NCBI GenBank assembly: GCA_011605725.1 | Contig: JAAOZP010000004.1 | Span: forward strand, 185,739-249,738 | Source: Nitrososphaerota archaeon | Lineage (GTDB): Archaea > Thermoproteota > EX4484-205 > JAAOZP01 | Length of the DNA stretch: 64,000 bases | Direction of reading: 5' to 3' | Shown here: piece after piece, positions 60,491-64,000 of the stretch | Numbering within the stretch: the first letter of the stretch is position 1 | How the letters are laid out: each line of letters starts with the position of its first letter | The notes under the pieces: generated by a model | The model's input: only the letters and a program-made list of their open reading frames with translations | What the model was told of the DNA's origin: nothing | The model's database searches: none | Translations under genes and position numbers: made by a program

Positions 60491-62838
60491 AGCCGGGCTT
60501 CAGAAAAAAGCTTTATGAAGACTTAGAGGTTTATGCAATAGAGCTTGCTTCAGCAGAAGACGATGACCTTCTTGAAATAAGTAGAAGGATGGGGCTTAAC
60601 ATAAGTCTTGATAGAATGAAGTATTTGAAACAGTATTTCAAAGATAGGCCTCTAACGGACGTAGAGTTGGAGATGATTGCGCAAACATGGTCGGAGCACT
60701 GCTTCCACAACGTTTTCAAAGGAGACGTTTTAACGGATGACGGGCGTTTAATCCACAGTATTTTGAAAACATACATAATGAGGGCTACAAGGGAGCTCAA
60801 CAAGGAATGGTGTATATCCGTTTTTGAAGACAACGCTGGAATAGTCGATTTCGACAACGGTTACGCTATAGCCGCTAAAGTCGAGACGCATAATCATCCT
60901 TCTGCAGTAGAGCCTTTCGGCGGGGCTGCAACAGGAGTTGGAGGAGTGATAAGGGATATCCTCGGAGTCTGGGGTGAGCCGGTTGCTCTGACAGATGTGC
61001 TCTGCTTCGGCCCATTAGATATTAAGTATGAGGACTTGCCGCCAGGGGTCAAGCATCCTCGTTACATTTACAGGGGGGTTGTAGCTGGAATAGGGAGTTA
61101 CGGCAATAATATGGGTATTCCGACAGTATCTGGAGCCATATTTTTCGACAAAGGTTATACTGGAAATGTAGTTGTTTACTGCGGTTGCATCGGAATACTT
61201 CCTAAGGATTCGTATGTGAGAAATACTTGCGAAGGAGATTTTGCAGTATTGGCAGGTGGTAGAACAGGTAGGGATGGTATTCATGGTGTAACTTTCGCAT
61301 CAGTAGAGCTTACTGAGGAATCTGAAGAACTTAGGTCAGCTGTTCAAATACCGAATCCGATCGTTGAAGAGAGACTTAGAAGAGCAATAATCCAAATAAG
61401 GGACGAAAGGCTGGCTTCTGGAATAACGGATCTTGGTGGTGGAGGCCTATCCTGTGCTGCGGGGGAAATGGCTTACAGGTCAGGCTTAGGAGTTGACATT
61501 GACCTGGATAGGGTTCTCCTTAAAACGCCAGACATGGCTCCTTGGGAAATATGGGTATCGGAGTCTCAGGAGAGGATGCTACTTTCTGTCCCGGAGAAAA
61601 ACCTTATGAGGGTTATTGAAATATTTAATGAAGAAGATGTTGAAGCAAGTGTCGTCGGAAGATTCGTTGAAACGGGCAGGGTCAGGGTTTTTGCAAAGGG
61701 ACGTACTGTGTGCGACCTAGATTTAAAATTCCTCTTCAATCCTCCGAAAGTTACTAGGAAAGCAAGATTGCCGAAGCCTGCGCATAGTGAAGTTAATTTA
61801 GATGAACCAAGGGATCTTGGAGAGGAATTGCTTAAGCTGTTATCTGAACCAAATATTAGGAGCAAGGAAGATGTTATCAGGACTTACGATCATGAGGTTA
61901 GAGGATGTACTGTTATTAAGCCAGTATATGGTGATGAGGCTGGTCCAAGCGATGCTGCAGTAATAAAGCCTTTGAAAGACTCTTGGAAAGGAATTGCAAT
62001 CTCCTGTGGGATAAACCCGTTTTATCCAGACCCGTACTGGATGGTTGCGAACTCGATAGAAGAGGCTGTTAGAAACAATGTTGCAGTCGGAGGCAGGAGA
62101 ATAGCTCTCTTAGACAACTTTGTCTGGGGAAGTCCTGAGAATGAAGACAACATGGGTATGCTCCTCAAAGCAGTTGAAGCATGCTATGACTTTTCGAAAG
62201 CTCTAGATGCTCCATTCATATCTGGAAAAGACAGCTTATATAACGAGTCTCCCCTGGGAGCCGTGAGGCCAACTCTCCTAATAACAGGCATCGGCATAAT
62301 ATCTGATGTTAGAAAGGTAGTTACTCCGAGCTTTAAGGAAGAAGATAATCCAATCTACATGTTGGGCTTAACCAAAGAGGAACTCAGGGGGTCTGCCTAC
62401 CTGAGGCACAAAGGAGTAGACGGTGGAGAAGTGCCAAGGGTTGATGGAGTGATTTCTAAGAGAATAATTGATACGCTGATAAGAGTAATTGACGAACAGC
62501 TTGTCCTATCCTGCCATGATCTTTCTGAAGGTGGTTTGGGAGTTGCTGCGGCAGAGATGGTTGTAGCATCTAAAAACCTGGGAGCGGAGATTCACTTGCG
62601 CAAAGTGCTTTCAGGAACTCGCAGGAGCGATTTTATTCTATTCTCCGAATCAGCTTCAAGATTCCTGGTTGAGGTGGACAGAAGCAGGTATAAGCGGTTT
62701 GAAGAATTCTTCTCAGGACTACCGTTTAGCAAAATAGGCAGGGTAGTAAAGGGAGCTGGGCTTCGAATAATCGATTTAAACAGCAGGGTAAGCGAGCTAA
62801 GCAGTCGAGAGATAAAAAAGGCCTGGAGAGGCTATTAA
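60487..62838 (+). CDS. purL: FGAM synthase PurL (probable CTG start at 60487; ORF track starts at 60589)
   Basis: WSEHC, ETHNHPS, GRDGIHG, SESQERM, SGKDSLYN. Confidence 0.95.
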   Translation: MKPGFRKKLYEDLEVYAIELASAEDDDLLEISRRMGLNISLDRMKYLKQYFKDRPLTDVELEMIAQTWSEHCFHNVFKGDVLTDDGRLIHSILKTYIMRATRELNKEWCISVFEDNAGIVDFDNGYAIAAKVETHNHPSAVEPFGGAATGVGGVIRDILGVWGEPVALTDVLCFGPLDIKYEDLPPGVKHPRYIYRGVVAGIGSYGNNMGIPTVSGAIFFDKGYTGNVVVYCGCIGILPKDSYVRNTCEGDFAVLAGGRTGRDGIHGVTFASVELTEESEELRSAVQIPNPIVEERLRRAIIQIRDERLASGITDLGGGGLSCAAGEMAYRSGLGVDIDLDRVLLKTPDMAPWEIWVSESQERMLLSVPEKNLMRVIEIFNEEDVEASVVGRFVETGRVRVFAKGRTVCDLDLKFLFNPPKVTRKARLPKPAHSEVNLDEPRDLGEELLKLLSEPNIRSKEDVIRTYDHEVRGCTVIKPVYGDEAGPSDAAVIKPLKDSWKGIAISCGINPFYPDPYWMVANSIEEAVRNNVAVGGRRIALLDNFVWGSPENEDNMGMLLKAVEACYDFSKALDAPFISGKDSLYNESPLGAVRPTLLITGIGIISDVRKVVTPSFKEEDNPIYMLGLTKEELRGSAYLRHKGVDGGEVPRVDGVISKRIIDTLIRVIDEQLVLSCHDLSEGGLGVAAAEMVVASKNLGAEIHLRKVLSGTRRSDFILFSESASRFLVEVDRSRYKRFEEFFSGLPFSKIGRVVKGAGLRIIDLNSRVSELSSREIKKAWRGY

Positions 62839-62839
62839 A

Positions 62840-63634
62840 ATGGATGCTGGAAAATTTAGGGCAATAGTTTTAAGAACCGGCGGCACAAACTGTGACCTTG
62901 AAACTAAGATAGCATTAGAAGAAATGGGTGTTAAAACAGAGATAGTCCATATGAACAAGATAGAAAGTAAGAGTCTTCTCGACTATCATTTGATTGTTTT
63001 TCCCGGAGGGTTCTCCTATGGCGATTATGTGAGGGCTGGTGCAGTATGGGGCAAGAGAGTTTTTACAAGGCTCAGGGAACAGCTTGAAAAATTCATAGAT
63101 GAAGGTAGATTAATGCTTGGAATCTGCAATGGTTTTCAAGTTCTTGTTGAAGCAGGAGTACTGCCTGGAGATGGGATTGGCGAAACTCCTCTAGTGGCTC
63201 TCGCTACAAACTCTTCGGCAAAGTATGAATGCAGATGGGTTTGGCTAAGGGTGGAGAACAATCGGACACCGTTCACGCTCGCGATGGAAAAGGGCGAAGT
63301 TCTTAAGATCCCCATTGGGCATGCTGAAGGCAGGTTCTTAACCGACGAAAAAACCCTCGAGAAGCTTAAGGAAGGAAGTCAAATAGTTTTTAAATATGTT
63401 CTTCCAAATGGTGAAGATGCTAACGGCCTATATCCCTATAATCCCAACGGCTCCCTCTACGACATCGCTGGAATCTGCAATAGGAATGGAAACATCATGG
63501 GGATGATGCCTCACCCGGAAAGAGCCTTCTTCGGCTGGCAGCTTCCGGAATGGGGTGAAGCTCCTCCTGAAAGAGGCGACGGAAGAAAAGTATTCGAAAG
63601 CGTAATCGAATACTTAGAAAATAACATAAGCTAA
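62840..63634 (+). CDS. purQ: FGAM synthase glutaminase PurQ
   Basis: GGFSYGDY, GICNGFQ, HAEG, MMPHPER. Confidence 0.96.
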   Translation: MDAGKFRAIVLRTGGTNCDLETKIALEEMGVKTEIVHMNKIESKSLLDYHLIVFPGGFSYGDYVRAGAVWGKRVFTRLREQLEKFIDEGRLMLGICNGFQVLVEAGVLPGDGIGETPLVALATNSSAKYECRWVWLRVENNRTPFTLAMEKGEVLKIPIGHAEGRFLTDEKTLEKLKEGSQIVFKYVLPNGEDANGLYPYNPNGSLYDIAGICNRNGNIMGMMPHPERAFFGWQLPEWGEAPPERGDGRKVFESVIEYLENNIS

Positions 63635-63737
63635 GCTTAAAAAGATTTTACCTTAAACTCGAAGTTTTGCTTTTATGAAATTCGAGCTTTCGTCATGTAA
63701 CAGTTATGCTTATAAATGAAACCTTCCTCATCTTAAA

Positions 63738-64000
63738 ATGGTAGTATTGGCTTCGTCTTCGAAGTTGAAGAGAGAAGTAATCCGGTTGCTGAAAGAGGAT
63801 GAGGAGTTTAGATACGCTATAGCTGGCCTAGTGGGGCTCGATGAAATACTGAAGAGAACTGCTGAGCACGATAGGAAGTTCAACGAAATCCTGGAGAGAC
63901 TGGCTGAACACGATAAGAAGTTTGAAGAGATCTTCGAAAGGTTTGCTGAGCACGATAGGAAGTTCAACGAAATCCTGGAGAGACTGGCTGAACACGATAA
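63738..64000 (+). CDS. Coiled-coil repeat protein of the DUF3782/PD-(D/E)xK nuclease type, partial
   Basis: LLKEDEEFRYAIAGLVGLDEIL followed by AEHDRKFNEILERL repeats; runs off the window. Confidence 0.75.
   Translation, partial: MVVLASSSKLKREVIRLLKEDEEFRYAIAGLVGLDEILKRTAEHDRKFNEILERLAEHDKKFEEIFERFAEHDRKFNEILERLAEHD
63861..64000 (+). repeat. 42-bp in-frame tandem repeat (14 aa, two heptads)
   Basis: Units at 63861, 63903, 63945 and 63987 (partial); units 1 and 3 identical. Confidence 0.9.

Noticed and set aside
32673-61865. Many antisense and alternate-frame ORFs over cdc48, hppA, pur and other genes
   Set aside because: Shadow ORFs of well-supported genes, with no independent motifs.

Overview
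Archaeal DNA from a TACK/Thermoproteota-type genome (inferred from CDC48, tandem purF paralogs, archaeal purS/L/Q and GGAGGTG-type RBSs). The window has two halves. (1) About 1-32.3 kb is an accessory mosaic. It holds ~12 toxin-antitoxin (TA) modules, a few intact cargo genes (sfsA, 2-oxoacid:ferredoxin oxidoreductase alpha/beta, NDH-2-like flavoprotein, LURP/scramblase) and many gene fragments. About 30 copies (counted by eye) of a 12-bp palindrome, consensus TAGCGCGCGCTA, sit almost only at the junctions between these pieces, often exactly where a gene is cut. Eight diverged copies of the 3' tail of a PEP synthase (ppsA) gene are interspersed, mostly next to TA modules. (2) About 32.3-64 kb is housekeeping: cdc48, Zn/Mn ABC operon, ECF S component, UPF0182 protein, K+-independent H+-PPase, M48 protease and a purine cluster (purM, purC, purF x2, purD, purE, purS, purL, purQ). 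The same palindrome recurs in its few junk-like intergenic gaps. Best candidate for an undescribed system: palindrome-directed capture, shuffling and deletion of DNA, giving an integron-like TA-rich cassette array. No recombinase, integrase or transposase gene is visible in the window. All assignments come from reading the sequence; no searches were run.
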